Shown: positions 9,263-19,849 of the stretch, piece after piece | Numbering within the stretch: position 1 is the stretch's first letter | Layout: the number at the start of each line of letters is the position of its first letter | Assembly (NCBI GenBank): GCA_965248925.1 | Contig: CBDFLE010000006.1 | Coordinates: 3,392,001 to 3,456,000, forward strand | DNA from: Candidatus Multivoradales bacterium | GTDB taxonomy: Bacteria; Acidobacteriota; Thermoanaerobaculia; Multivoradales; J023 | Direction of reading: 5' to 3' | DNA: 64,000 nt | Program-made: the position numbers and the translations under genes | Notes under the pieces: model-generated | What the model was told of the DNA's origin: nothing | The model's database searches: none | What the model saw: the letters and a program-made list of their open reading frames with translations, nothing else

Positions 9263-9688
9263 ATGAACAGGACTTCTTTAACCATCGTAGGTTCGCTATT
9301 GGCGGCCGCAGTCGGCTTGCAGGGCTGCGCACCAGGCCCATCGCCCAGCGAGTCGCTGGCGATATCCGAGGCTTTTCTGGACCAGATTGCCGCTGAATTT
9401 GGGCCGTTTCCGATAGCTATCGACGAAGAAGTCGAGATGGTGGCGGTAGATGGCCGGCCGGCGATGCTGGTCTACAACTATCGGCTGGTCGACATGGAGG
9501 CTTCTGAGATCGATGCTAACGCCCTGATTCAATGGACACAGCCGGCTGTGGTCTTGGAGGTCTGTGGTGCGTCGGAAACCCGTGACAACCTGTTGCACAA
9601 GGGTGTCACCTTGCGCTACATCTACCATGACAAGAATCTGAAGCCGGTCGCTTCTTTCGATGTAACTGAGGCCACTTGCGGGCTTTAG
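9263..9688 (+). CDS. Small lipoprotein, possibly GspS/AspS pilotin-like or PA3611-like fold
   Basis: Lipobox LQGC; pattern YNYRLV...VC...GVTLRYIYHD...C; fold resemblance is from recall. Confidence 0.55.
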   Translation: MNRTSLTIVGSLLAAAVGLQGCAPGPSPSESLAISEAFLDQIAAEFGPFPIAIDEEVEMVAVDGRPAMLVYNYRLVDMEASEIDANALIQWTQPAVVLEVCGASETRDNLLHKGVTLRYIYHDKNLKPVASFDVTEATCGL

Positions 9689-9720
9689 TGTTCCCTCCTC
9701 AGATCAAGTGTCTAACCGTG

Positions 9721-11100
9721 ATGAACTATGCAGCTGATGTAGAACCCCAAGAATCTGACACTGCCGTGCCAGGCATCACCACACCGGCAGCGACGCCGGT
9801 CCCGGCCGAAGTGCTGCCGGTAGACCTCGGCGAGCGTAAGGGTTCGATCGACTTGCTGCGCGGAGTCGCCCTCTGCGGCATCTTGTTGATGAATATTTAT
9901 GCCTTTTCGATGCCCTTTCAGGCCTACGACAACCCGCCGATCTACGGTGGTACCGGTGCGCTCGACATCGGCACTTGGTTGTTCAATCACCTCTTCTCAG
10001 AACTCAAATTCATGACCATATTCTCGGCCCTCTTCGGCGCCGGCATGGTGTTAATGGCCGAACGAGCGGCGGCGCTTGGTCGCCGCTTTGCCGGAGTCTG
10101 GTATCGCCGTCAAGCATTGTTGATGTTGATCGGCATGATGCACGGCTACTTGCTGTGGTTTGGCGACATCCTGTTTCACTATGGCTTGTGCGGCATGTTG
10201 CTCTATCCCTTGCGCCGCGCTTCGGCGAAGAATTTGATCACTCTCGGCTTGGTGACTCTATCGGTGGCACCATTGCTCAACACCGGCATCGGCTTAGCGA
10301 TGGGCTATGTCCGGAATCAAGGGAAGGCTGTAGAAGCGCGCGCGGAGGCGGGCCTTGAATTGGACGCTGAAGAGCAGCTGACCCTTGAGCGTTGGCGCGA
10401 GATGGCGATCTTTCTCCAGCCGGATGCGGCGGAGATCGAGCGTTCGGTCGAGGTTCATCACGGCGGTTGGTGGGGGATTGCCAAGGAACGCTCGGAGCTG
10501 GTGTTAACCATGCAGACCTTCATCACTCTGACCTTGATCCTGTGGCGGGCCACTGGTGTCATGTTGATCGGCATGGGGCTGATGAAACTCGGTATTTTGT
10601 CGGCCGAGCGTTCGCGCCTCTTTTATGGCCGGGCGATGTTGTGGGGTTATGGCCTGGGCCTGCCGCTGGTGGCGATCGGTGCTTGGGACCATTGGTCGCA
10701 CAATTTTGACAGCTTGCGCCTGATGGCAGTTGGCGCTCATTTCAACTATTACGGCAGCCTCGGAGTGGCGCTCGGGCATGTCGGGTTGGTGATGCTCTTC
10801 TGGCAGAGTGGAGTCGCCATCTGGTTGCGCCGCCGCCTCCAAGCGGTGGGCCGCATGGCGTTTACCAACTACTTGATGCAGACCGTGGTGTGCACCACGC
10901 TGTTCTATGGCTACGGTTTCGATCTTTTTGGTCGCTTCAGCCGTTTCGAGCAGATGGGCTTCGTGCTCGGGGTGTGGCTGCTGCAACTGCTGTGGAGCCC
11001 CTGGTGGCTGGCGCGTTTCCGCTTCGGTCCAGCGGAGTGGGCCTGGCGCTCACTGACCTATCGCCAGCGGCAGCCGATGTTGCGCGAGAGGGCCGGCTGA
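9721..11100 (+). CDS. DUF418/YeiB family membrane protein
   Basis: IDLLRGVALCGILLMN, KFMTIFSALFG, GRMAFTNYLMQT and RFGPAEWAWRSLTY motifs. Confidence 0.92.
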   Translation: MNYAADVEPQESDTAVPGITTPAATPVPAEVLPVDLGERKGSIDLLRGVALCGILLMNIYAFSMPFQAYDNPPIYGGTGALDIGTWLFNHLFSELKFMTIFSALFGAGMVLMAERAAALGRRFAGVWYRRQALLMLIGMMHGYLLWFGDILFHYGLCGMLLYPLRRASAKNLITLGLVTLSVAPLLNTGIGLAMGYVRNQGKAVEARAEAGLELDAEEQLTLERWREMAIFLQPDAAEIERSVEVHHGGWWGIAKERSELVLTMQTFITLTLILWRATGVMLIGMGLMKLGILSAERSRLFYGRAMLWGYGLGLPLVAIGAWDHWSHNFDSLRLMAVGAHFNYYGSLGVALGHVGLVMLFWQSGVAIWLRRRLQAVGRMAFTNYLMQTVVCTTLFYGYGFDLFGRFSRFEQMGFVLGVWLLQLLWSPWWLARFRFGPAEWAWRSLTYRQRQPMLRERAG

Positions 11101-11180
11101 GCAGCGCGAGCAGCTCTTCCCCGTCCCGCAGGGACGTTATCGTCAACCCCTCGCTGAGCAGGCCGAAGTCCACCATCGTC

Positions 11181-11204
11181 TCAGTTGGTGTCGACTGCGA
11201 TCAC
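11181..11204 (-). pseudogene. vapC: Truncated vapC (PIN toxin) remnant
   Basis: GTG overlapping the antitoxin stop reads VIAVDTN then TGA; xIAVDTN is the canonical PIN N-terminus. Confidence 0.7.
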
Positions 11205-11458
11205 CCGCCATGGCCCTCGTAGATCATTGCCCTAATCGTGTCCCAATCGCCTTCGTGAATGTCCGGCTGCAGGCCATCGCCGCTGCAGCTAGCATCGCGC
11301 AAGTGGAACGCTGGCGTATGCCTACGCGATTGTACGACGAGGCGCAAGCCCTCTTCGATCAACGTGCGTAGAGTCGTCTGGTCGCGATTCGCGATTTGTT
11401 TCGCGGTAGCGAGCAGCGGGTCGGAGATCTCTACGGTCGTCTTCATATGGGTAACCAT
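11201..11458 (-). CDS. vapB: VapB family (RHH) antitoxin
   Basis: MKTTVEISDPLL...TTLRTLIEEGLR...W.TIRAMIYEG; coupled to the vapC remnant. Confidence 0.8.
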   Translation of the reverse strand: MVTHMKTTVEISDPLLATAKQIANRDQTTLRTLIEEGLRLVVQSRRHTPAFHLRDASCSGDGLQPDIHEGDWDTIRAMIYEGHGG

Positions 11459-11684
11459 ATCATTGGACCCGTAGACGAATAGACTAGGTGGAATCTAGAC
11501 CCGATCGTTGCATCAGATCGCCCCTCAGACGGCGGGTTTGAGCACCCAAAGTTAACCCAGGAACTAAGAGTCCCTCCGAAGGGCTTGCCTTTCACTCCGT
11601 CTGCCCCGGCTCTGTCACAATTCGCCTTCAGATCCGCATCAGCGGGTCATCACTGCTCTGCTCTGGCCTGCTCTACTGGAAATC

Positions 11685-14600
11685 ATGAAACGAGATACCA
11701 CCCAAGCCCCCCTAGGACGTCTGGCGGCGTCCAACTCCCACCTGCGGCCGCGATTTCTGTTCACCTGTGGCCTGCTATTGGTCCTCGCCCCTGGCTTGCT
11801 GGCGGCGCCTGGGCCTGAGTTGCAGATCTTGTCGATCACCCCCAGTGGCGACGATGTGCCGGCGGAGCGGCAGATCGTCGTCCAGTTCGACCGGCCGATG
11901 GTGCCGCTGGGGCGGATGGAGCGGGATAGCAGTGAGGTGCCGATCGAGATCTCCCCGGCGCTCGACTGTGAGTGGCGCTGGCTGAACAACGCTGCCCTCT
12001 CTTGCCGGCTGCAGGAGAACGGTGCTTTGGTACCGGCGACTCGCTACCGGCTGGTAGTGGCGCCGACTCTGGAGGCGCTCGATGGAGCGCGGTTGGCAGC
12101 GCCTCAGGAGCACCGCTTCTCGACCCGGCGGCCGCGGGTGGTGCGGGCTCGGTTTCTCACCTGGGAGGGGCCGGGTAGCCCGTCGATGCAGCTGACTTTT
12201 AACCATCCACCGGACAGCGCTGCGGTGGCCGAGCATGTCTATTTCAGCTTTGGCAACGGTAGGCGGGTGGCGGCTCGGGTGGAGCTGCGGCAGCCTGACA
12301 GTGATCCGACCCAGGATCGCTACCGGGTGCTCAGGCCAGTCGAGGTGCTACCCCTCGATCACCAGGTGCGGCTGCGGGTCGAGCCTGGTTTGCGTTCTTG
12401 GGCCGGCCCCGAGCCAGGGGTCGAGGATCGGGTGGTGGTCGAATTCTCGACTTTTCCAGCAGCTCGGTTTCTTGGGGTTCGTTGTCGCGATAATCAACTG
12501 CGGGATATCGGCTGGGGGCGGGCCGCGGGCGTTTGCAACCCGCTCGAGGATGTGCGGCTGGTGTTTTCTTCGCCGATGCTGGTCGATGCCTTGCGCGACC
12601 AGCTGCTGATCGAGCCCGACCTGGCCGGCGAGCGGGAGGACTATGACCCGTGGGAGAAAGTCTATCGCTACTCGCGGCTGCGCGGCCCCCGGCATGCGGG
12701 GCAGGTCTACGAGTACAGCCTGCCAGAGGTGCTGCGGGCGCGCTCGATCTATCGGCTACGAGGCTCGGCCGAGGCTTTGCGCGATGAGTTCGGGCGCCCG
12801 CTGGTGAGCGATTTCGACCACCGCTTCGAGACTTCGGATCGGCCGCCGCGGTTTGTTCTCACCCACCCCCTGTCGGTGCTTGAACGGCAGGTCGAAACCC
12901 ATGTGCCGGTGGTGGTGACCAACCTCGAACAGCTGTCGCTGGCGGTTCACGGCGTCACCCCGCGCGGTGCGGTCGATCGTACGTTCAAGATTTCGGTGGC
13001 CGATGCTCAGAACGTCGCTTTCGCCATGCCGCTGCCGGTGCGCGAGTGGCTCGATGACGATTCGGGCGCGGTGTTTGCGACCCTCAGCTCGGTACCTGGA
13101 GTGAAGGGCTCGGCACGGCATTTCTTTTCACAGGTCACCCCTTTCTCGGTGCACGCCAAGATCGGCTATCACAACTCTCTGATTTGGGTGACGGATCTGG
13201 CCACCGGTCTGCCAGTGGAAGGGGCCAAGGTGCGGATCTTTGCCGCCGGCACCGAGCAGATGCCGGCAGCGCCGGTAAGCCGCAGCGAAGCGTTGACCGG
13301 AGTCGCTGGCTTGGCCTGGCTCGATGGCACCGACAAGCTCGATCCGAAGCAGGGTCTCAACGGCTATCTGCGCCTGCCTCACGGATTTGATTCCCGGCCT
13401 CTGCTGTGGGTGCGGGTCGATCACCAAGGGGAAATGGCCTTGCTGCCAGTGGACGGGGAGTTCGCGGTGCGGGCCCTGGGCCATGGCGATAGCTGGATTC
13501 CCAGTTGGCAACGGCCGCAGTACGGACACGTTCGCGCCTGGGGGACTACCGCCCAGGGGGTCTACCGGTTGGGCGACAACTTGCAATTCAAGATCTGGGT
13601 GCGCGACCAGGGCAATCTGCGGCTGGTGCCGCCTCCGGCCACCATCTACAGCCTGCGTATCGTCGATCCGACCGGCAAAGAGGTACATCGGGTCGACGAC
13701 ATCGAGCTCAGTGCTTTCGGCGGACTCGACGGTGAATTCCGCTTGCCCGAGAATGCCGCCGTGGGCTGGTATGACTTCGAGCTGCAGGCGGCTGCCTTGC
13801 CTGACTCGCTCTTTCCACTACGGGTATTGGTGGCTGATTTCACTCCGGCGCCGTTCCGGGTCAGCTCGGACTTGAATGGCGAGCTGTTCCGCGCTGGCGA
13901 TCAACTCGAGGTTGCCACTCGGGCTCGGCTGCACTCCGGCGGGCCTTATCTGGAAGCGCAAACCCGAGTCACCCTGGCCTTGGCCACCTCGCCTCTGCCG
14001 TTGGCCACGGCGGCTCAGGGCTTTACTTTCGCCACCGGCCATCAAAGGCGCCGCACTTTGCACCAACGGGCTGGCACCCTCGATGATCGCGGCGATCTGC
14101 TACAACAATTCACTATTCCCGAGAGTGACGTGGTCCACGGTCGTCTGACGGTGGAGAGCGCGGTGCGAGATGACCGTGGCAAGTACGTTGTCGGCCGCAG
14201 CTCAGCGCGTTTTGTCGGTCGCGATCGCTACGTCGGTATCCGTCTGCAGGATTGGATTCTCAAAGGTGGTCAGGTGGCCGAGGTGCTGGCTTTGGTGGTC
14301 GACGAACACGGCCAGCCAGTGGCCGGTAGCGAGGTGACGACCCAGGTGCAGTATCGGCAGACCACCGCTTCGCGGGTGAAGGGAGCTGGCAATGCTTACC
14401 TGACCCGCTACCACCACGCCTGGGTCGAGGTGGCGAACTGCCGGATGACCGCGGCTGAAGACCCGGTCAGCTGTCGTTTCACCCCTGAGAAGGCGGGCCT
14501 CTACCGCCTCACCCAGAGCATTTATGATCGTCAAGGGCGGCGTCATTCGAGTACGACGACGCGTTGGGCAAGCGGTGCCGGGCAGGTGATTTGGGAGGCG

Positions 14601-17459
14601 CCAGCGGGGCACCAGATGTCGATCATCGCCGATCGCCAAGACTATAAGGTGGGTGATACCGCCCGTTTCCTGGTGCAGAATCCCTTTCCTGGCGCCCAAG
14701 CTTTGGTTACCGTCGAGCGTCTCGGGGTGCAAGACAGCTGGACCAAGGTGCTGGAGCGATCGGCCGAGGTTATCGAGTTGCCGATCACCGCCGATCACCT
14801 GCCGGGGTTCTACTTCTCGGTGGTGGTCAGCTCACCGCGGGTCGAGGCGCCGTTGGGGGCCGGTGAGGTCGATCTCGGCAAGCCGGCTTTCCGCATGGGC
14901 TACGCCCGCATCGAGGTGCGCGATCCAGCCAAGGAGATCGCCGTCGAGGTGCGTCCTGAGCGCCCACTCTATCGGCCGCGAGAAAAGGTGCGGGTGGAAC
15001 TCATCGCCCAGCCCCGCATTCCCTTCACCGAAGAGCCCGCGCCGGCGATCGAACTGGCGGTGGCGGTGCTTGATGAGGCGGTGTTCGACCTGATTGCCAG
15101 CGGCAGTAAGTACTTCGATCCCTACGCCGGTTTCTACCAGCTCGACCCCCTCGATCTGGCCAACTACAACCTGCTGACCCGGCTGGTGGGGATTCAGAAA
15201 TTCGAGAAGAAGGGTGCCAATGCCGGCGGCGGGGGCGGGGGCGCCGACCTGCGTTCGCTATTTGAATTCGTCAGTTATTGGAATCCGTCGATCGAAGCCG
15301 ACGCCCGAGGCCGGGCGACCATCGAGTTCGAGGTGCCCGACAACCTCACCGGCTGGCGGGTGCTGGCGATGGCGGTCACTCCGGGCGATCGGATGGGGCT
15401 GGGGGAAGGACAATTCGCGGTCAATCTGCCGATCGAGCTGCGCCCCACCCTGCCTAACCAGGTGGTAGAGGGAGACACCTTCGAGGCCAGCTTCACGGTG
15501 ATGAATCGAACTGACACGGCCCAGCGTCTGCATCTCAAGGCGACCGTCGAGGGACCTGCGGAATCTGCCGGTATCGTCGACTTGCAGCTTGATGCGCCGC
15601 CTTACAAACGCCTACCGGTGAGTTTTCCGGTGCAGGCGACTGGCGTTGGTGAAATTGTGCTCGAGGTCGTGGCTAGCGGCGGTGGCGAGCGTGACAGCTT
15701 GCGCTTGCGCTTGCCGGTGGGTCGGCGGATGGCGCTCGAGACCGCCGCCACCTATGGCACCACCACCGACTCGACGGTCAGCGAGCAGGTGGCTTTCCCA
15801 GTGTCCATGCGCAGCGATGTTGGATCTCTCAGCCTGGTTGCCGGTCCGGCGGTTATCGGTGGTCTCGACAGTGCCTTCAGCTACCTGCGCGACTATCCCT
15901 ACAGCTGTTGGGAGCAACGCCTGACCAAAGCGGTGATGGCGATGCACTTCGCCGAGCTACGTTCGTACCTGGCCGAGGACGCTTCGTGGCCGGGGCATCA
16001 GCAGCTACCGCGCCGCACCTTGGAGTGGGCGACCAACTTTCAAGCGCCGAACGGTGGCATGGTTTATTACGTGCCCAAGGATCGCTACGTTAGTCCCTAT
16101 CTATCGGCCTACACCGGGTTGGCTTTCGCTTGGTTGGCCAAGGCCGGCCATCCGCTGCCCCAAGGGGTGGTCGAGCGTCTCGATGCCTATCTCGAGCGTC
16201 TCTTACGCCGCGATGTGCTGCCCGGTTTTTACAGTGAGGGGATGGCTTCTAGTGTGCGCGCGGTGGCGCTGGCGGTGTTGGCCGAGCGCGGCAAGATTAC
16301 CGCCGCTGACCTGCAACGCTACCGCCGTCATCTGCCGCAGATGAGCCTGTTCGGCAAGGCGCATTATTTGCTCGCTGCCCACAAGCTCGGGGGCAACGCG
16401 GAACTCGAAAATGAGGTCCGCAACGCCATCCTCGCCCACAGCGATCAGACGGGTGGCAAGATAGTGTTCGCTGAAGCCGTCGACACCCGTTACCAGCGCA
16501 TCTTACACTCCGCCGGGCGCACCCACTGTGCTGTGCTGAGCGCGCTGGTACAGCAGCAAGGCGAGGCGCCTGGCGGTACGGGAATCGGTGATATGCCCTT
16601 CCGCTTGACCCGCTGGATCTCGCAGCAGAGGCAGCGCCGAGATCGTTGGGAAAACACCCAGGAGAACGTCTTCTGCACCCGTGCTCTGAGCGACTACAGC
16701 CAGGTCTACGAGGATGTCGAGCCACGGATGAAGGTGACGGTCGAGTTCGATGGCGAGAGACTCGGCAAGATGCGTTTCGATGACTTGCGCGATGCTCAGC
16801 AGCAGGTCGAACGGCCACTGCGCGCTGGTGACGCGGGTAGCCAGGCGAGCCTGCTGATCAAGAAGCGGGGGCCGGGGCGCTTGTACTACGCCGCCCGCTT
16901 GGCCTATTCGCCGGCCGAATTGAAGCCAGAGCCGATCGACGCCGGTTTGGTGGTGCGGCGCGAATACAGTGTCGAGCGCGACGCCAAGTGGCACTTGCTC
17001 AGCGACCCAATGCGGGTTCGTCGCGGCGAGTTGCTGCGGGTCGATCTTTACTTGTCGCTGCCAGCGGCGCGAAATTTCGTGGTCGTCGACGACCCAATTC
17101 CGGGGGGATTGGAACCGGTCAACACCGACTTGGCGACTTCTTCCACCGTCGATGCTGCCAAAGCAAACTATCGCCGGAGCGACGCTTCCTGGTGGTTCAC
17201 GCAGAACAATTGGTACGGCTTCGGCTACTCGCGGTGGAGCTTCTACCACTCCGAACTACGCCATCACGCGGCGCGTTTCTACTCGGACTACCTGCCGGCT
17301 GGCAATTACCACCTGTCCTACGTCGCGCAGGCGATCGCATCAGGTGAGTTTCAGGCTTTGCCCACCCATGCCGAGGAGATGTACGACCCCGATGTCTTCG
17401 GTCAGGGGGTGCCGGCGCGGTTGCTGGTCGCGCCTGCTGACGGGGAGGTGTCGCCGTGA
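11685..17459 (+). CDS. Bacterial alpha-2-macroglobulin
   Basis: 1924 aa with signal peptide, MG2-like GVYRLGD, VPDNLTGWRV, intact thioester motif YPYSCWEQ, DPIPGGLE and AEEMYDP; coupled to pbpC. Confidence 0.95.
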   Translation: MKRDTTQAPLGRLAASNSHLRPRFLFTCGLLLVLAPGLLAAPGPELQILSITPSGDDVPAERQIVVQFDRPMVPLGRMERDSSEVPIEISPALDCEWRWLNNAALSCRLQENGALVPATRYRLVVAPTLEALDGARLAAPQEHRFSTRRPRVVRARFLTWEGPGSPSMQLTFNHPPDSAAVAEHVYFSFGNGRRVAARVELRQPDSDPTQDRYRVLRPVEVLPLDHQVRLRVEPGLRSWAGPEPGVEDRVVVEFSTFPAARFLGVRCRDNQLRDIGWGRAAGVCNPLEDVRLVFSSPMLVDALRDQLLIEPDLAGEREDYDPWEKVYRYSRLRGPRHAGQVYEYSLPEVLRARSIYRLRGSAEALRDEFGRPLVSDFDHRFETSDRPPRFVLTHPLSVLERQVETHVPVVVTNLEQLSLAVHGVTPRGAVDRTFKISVADAQNVAFAMPLPVREWLDDDSGAVFATLSSVPGVKGSARHFFSQVTPFSVHAKIGYHNSLIWVTDLATGLPVEGAKVRIFAAGTEQMPAAPVSRSEALTGVAGLAWLDGTDKLDPKQGLNGYLRLPHGFDSRPLLWVRVDHQGEMALLPVDGEFAVRALGHGDSWIPSWQRPQYGHVRAWGTTAQGVYRLGDNLQFKIWVRDQGNLRLVPPPATIYSLRIVDPTGKEVHRVDDIELSAFGGLDGEFRLPENAAVGWYDFELQAAALPDSLFPLRVLVADFTPAPFRVSSDLNGELFRAGDQLEVATRARLHSGGPYLEAQTRVTLALATSPLPLATAAQGFTFATGHQRRRTLHQRAGTLDDRGDLLQQFTIPESDVVHGRLTVESAVRDDRGKYVVGRSSARFVGRDRYVGIRLQDWILKGGQVAEVLALVVDEHGQPVAGSEVTTQVQYRQTTASRVKGAGNAYLTRYHHAWVEVANCRMTAAEDPVSCRFTPEKAGLYRLTQSIYDRQGRRHSSTTTRWASGAGQVIWEAPAGHQMSIIADRQDYKVGDTARFLVQNPFPGAQALVTVERLGVQDSWTKVLERSAEVIELPITADHLPGFYFSVVVSSPRVEAPLGAGEVDLGKPAFRMGYARIEVRDPAKEIAVEVRPERPLYRPREKVRVELIAQPRIPFTEEPAPAIELAVAVLDEAVFDLIASGSKYFDPYAGFYQLDPLDLANYNLLTRLVGIQKFEKKGANAGGGGGGADLRSLFEFVSYWNPSIEADARGRATIEFEVPDNLTGWRVLAMAVTPGDRMGLGEGQFAVNLPIELRPTLPNQVVEGDTFEASFTVMNRTDTAQRLHLKATVEGPAESAGIVDLQLDAPPYKRLPVSFPVQATGVGEIVLEVVASGGGERDSLRLRLPVGRRMALETAATYGTTTDSTVSEQVAFPVSMRSDVGSLSLVAGPAVIGGLDSAFSYLRDYPYSCWEQRLTKAVMAMHFAELRSYLAEDASWPGHQQLPRRTLEWATNFQAPNGGMVYYVPKDRYVSPYLSAYTGLAFAWLAKAGHPLPQGVVERLDAYLERLLRRDVLPGFYSEGMASSVRAVALAVLAERGKITAADLQRYRRHLPQMSLFGKAHYLLAAHKLGGNAELENEVRNAILAHSDQTGGKIVFAEAVDTRYQRILHSAGRTHCAVLSALVQQQGEAPGGTGIGDMPFRLTRWISQQRQRRDRWENTQENVFCTRALSDYSQVYEDVEPRMKVTVEFDGERLGKMRFDDLRDAQQQVERPLRAGDAGSQASLLIKKRGPGRLYYAARLAYSPAELKPEPIDAGLVVRREYSVERDAKWHLLSDPMRVRRGELLRVDLYLSLPAARNFVVVDDPIPGGLEPVNTDLATSSTVDAAKANYRRSDASWWFTQNNWYGFGYSRWSFYHSELRHHAARFYSDYLPAGNYHLSYVAQAIASGEFQALPTHAEEMYDPDVFGQGVPARLLVAPADGEVSP

Positions 17460-19720
17460 GCCGCTGGCGAGCACTGTGGCGAGCACTGTGGCGAGCACTG
17501 AGGGTTCGGCTGGCCAACTGGCCTTGGAGGCGAATTGTGGTGGCTTGCACGATGTTGCTGGGCTGTGCCGCCTCAGGGCTGACCGCGCTGACCCTTGCCA
17601 ACCTGCGACCGGCCCCTGCTAGCTTGCCGCCGCGAAGCGAGCACACGGCTCCGCCACCGCTGCTCGATCGTCATGGCGAGCCCCTGACCCGGAGTCGCGA
17701 AGGGCGTTGGAATCTGCCGGACAGCCGTGCTTACCACCGCTTTCCGCAGTTGTTGATCGATGCTTTTGTGCTGGCCGAAGACCAGCGCTTCTTCGATCAT
17801 CGCGGGGTCGATTGGCGGGCGCGGGCCCATGCCATGGTGCAGAACCTAAGCGCTCGGCGGCTAGTGCGCGGTGCCAGCACCATCACTGAGCAGAGTGTGC
17901 GGATCGCCTATCCGCGACCGCGCACCGTTTGGTCACGCTGGCTTGAGAGTTTTGAAGCCGGTCGCTTGGAAAGGCGATTCGACAAAGTCGAGATCCTCGA
18001 GTTTTATCTCAATCAAGTGCCCTATGCGCGCCAGCGGCGGGGTGTGTCCGAGGCGGCACGGGCTTATTTCGATCGCGATCTCGACACCCTGTCGGTCAAA
18101 GAGACGCTGGCTTTGGCGGTGCTGGTGCGCAGCCCTTCGCGGCTCGATCCAGAACGCGGTAGTCGGCAGATTCAGGTGCCGATCGAGCGCCTGGCGCGAC
18201 GCATGCACGCGGCCGGCCTGCTCGCCGCTCACGAACTCGACGAGATCCAACGCATGCCGCTGCTGGTGGTGCGGCCCCAGCCTCTGGTCGACGCCGCTCA
18301 TTTCGTTCGCTGGCTGCGACCGCGCTTGCCGGATTCACCAAGTGGCGGCCGACGCACCACCCTCGACGCAAATTTGCAGCGGCAAGTCCAGGCCATCCTC
18401 GATCACCGCCTGGACGAGCTCGGTGAGCGGCGGGTGAGCGATGGGGCGGTGCTGGTGGTGGACCATCAGAGCGACGAGATTCTCGCCTGGGTAAACGGTG
18501 GCGGCTTCGCCAAAGCAGTTGCCGGCCAGGTTGACAAAGTGCTGGCCTCGCGGCAGCCGGGCTCGACCCTCAAGCCTTTTGTCTATGCCACCGCCTTGGA
18601 GAGCGGCTGGACCGCCGCCACGGTGATCAACGACGCGCCTCTGGTTGGTGTGGTTGGCCATGGCATGCACGAGTTTCGCAACTACAGCCGGAATTTCTAC
18701 GGCCCTTTGCGGGTGCGCCAGGCGCTGGCCAATTCGCTCAACGTGCCGGCGGTCAAGGCGCTGGCCTTCGCCGGTCGTGGGCGTACCCTAGAGCGCTTGC
18801 GTGAGCTCGGTTTCGAGACTCTGAGTGAACATCCGGATTTCTATGGCGATGGTCTGGCCCTGGGCACGGGTGAGGTGAGTCTCTACTCTTTGGTGGGGGC
18901 CTACGCGGCGCTGGCGCGGGGTGGTGAGTCCCGGCCCCTGGGTGGTTTGGCCGAAGGGCCGGTAGGTGTGGGGCGGCGGGTGTTCTCGGGCGAGGTGGCC
19001 AGTCTGATCGGTTCGATTTTGTCTGACTCCAAGGCTCGGCAGCTGGAATTTGGTAACGGTTCGGTGCTCGATCTGCCGATCGAGACGGCGGTCAAGACCG
19101 GCACTTCCACCGACTACCGCGACGCTTGGGCGGTGGGTTTTTCGCACCGCTACACGATCGGCGTGTGGATGGGAAATGTGGATGGCCAGCCGATGGCGGA
19201 AGTCACCGGTTCGACCGGCCCTGGACTGGTGTTGCGGGCGGCCTTTGCCGAGGTCCATCGGCACCAGCAGCCGCGGTCCTTAAAGCTCAGCCGCCGTCTG
19301 GCTTTGCATTCCATCTGCCGCCAAAGTGGCGCTCGGCCGGTGGCCAGCTGCCCGACGGCGGTCGAGTGGTTCCGCCCCGGGCGTCAGCCGCTGGCCAGCT
19401 GTGACTCGCACGCGGCGGTCCCGGGCCCGATTTCCGCGGCGACCGAAATCCGCCTCGCAAGTCCGACGCCGGGCCTACATCTGGCGCTCGACCCACGCAT
19501 TCCTGATTCTCTCGAGAGATTTCCCTTGCGCCTGGCCGACAGCGCCGGGGTGCGGCAAGTGGACTGGATCGTCGATGGCCGAATCGCCTCGGTGACCCGC
19601 GGTGAGAGCGAGTACCTGTGGCCTTTGGAACGCGGTTCGCACAGCGCTCGGGCTCGGGTCTGGTTGCGCAGTGGGGGGCAGCCACAGGAAACGGCACAGG
19701 TGAATTTTCACGTCCGCTAG
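17456..19720 (+). CDS. pbpC: Penicillin-binding protein 1C
   Basis: EDQRFFDH, GASTITEQ, QPGSTLKPF, SLN, KTGT; C-terminal BiPBP-like domain; 4-nt overlap with the A2M gene. Confidence 0.93.
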   Translation: MSRWRALWRALWRALRVRLANWPWRRIVVACTMLLGCAASGLTALTLANLRPAPASLPPRSEHTAPPPLLDRHGEPLTRSREGRWNLPDSRAYHRFPQLLIDAFVLAEDQRFFDHRGVDWRARAHAMVQNLSARRLVRGASTITEQSVRIAYPRPRTVWSRWLESFEAGRLERRFDKVEILEFYLNQVPYARQRRGVSEAARAYFDRDLDTLSVKETLALAVLVRSPSRLDPERGSRQIQVPIERLARRMHAAGLLAAHELDEIQRMPLLVVRPQPLVDAAHFVRWLRPRLPDSPSGGRRTTLDANLQRQVQAILDHRLDELGERRVSDGAVLVVDHQSDEILAWVNGGGFAKAVAGQVDKVLASRQPGSTLKPFVYATALESGWTAATVINDAPLVGVVGHGMHEFRNYSRNFYGPLRVRQALANSLNVPAVKALAFAGRGRTLERLRELGFETLSEHPDFYGDGLALGTGEVSLYSLVGAYAALARGGESRPLGGLAEGPVGVGRRVFSGEVASLIGSILSDSKARQLEFGNGSVLDLPIETAVKTGTSTDYRDAWAVGFSHRYTIGVWMGNVDGQPMAEVTGSTGPGLVLRAAFAEVHRHQQPRSLKLSRRLALHSICRQSGARPVASCPTAVEWFRPGRQPLASCDSHAAVPGPISAATEIRLASPTPGLHLALDPRIPDSLERFPLRLADSAGVRQVDWIVDGRIASVTRGESEYLWPLERGSHSARARVWLRSGGQPQETAQVNFHVR
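17465..17500 (+). repeat. 12-bp tandem repeat x3 (TGGCGAGCACTG, encoding WRAL)
   Basis: Three exact copies at the pbpC 5' end. Confidence 0.9.
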
Positions 19721-19849
19721 AGCAAACACTGCTGGCATCACACCTCGCTAAGCGATAAGGTCAATGCCTCGTTCGTGCTGGCGCAACATTGTTCCCCGTC
19801 CCTGCCTATTGGGACACAAGGCGGGCTTATGCCCGTTTGGAGGAGGCGC

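Noticed and set aside
19733-19795. Sigma54-like TGGC boxes upstream of the 19850 gene
   Set aside because: GG-to-GC spacing is not 10 nt
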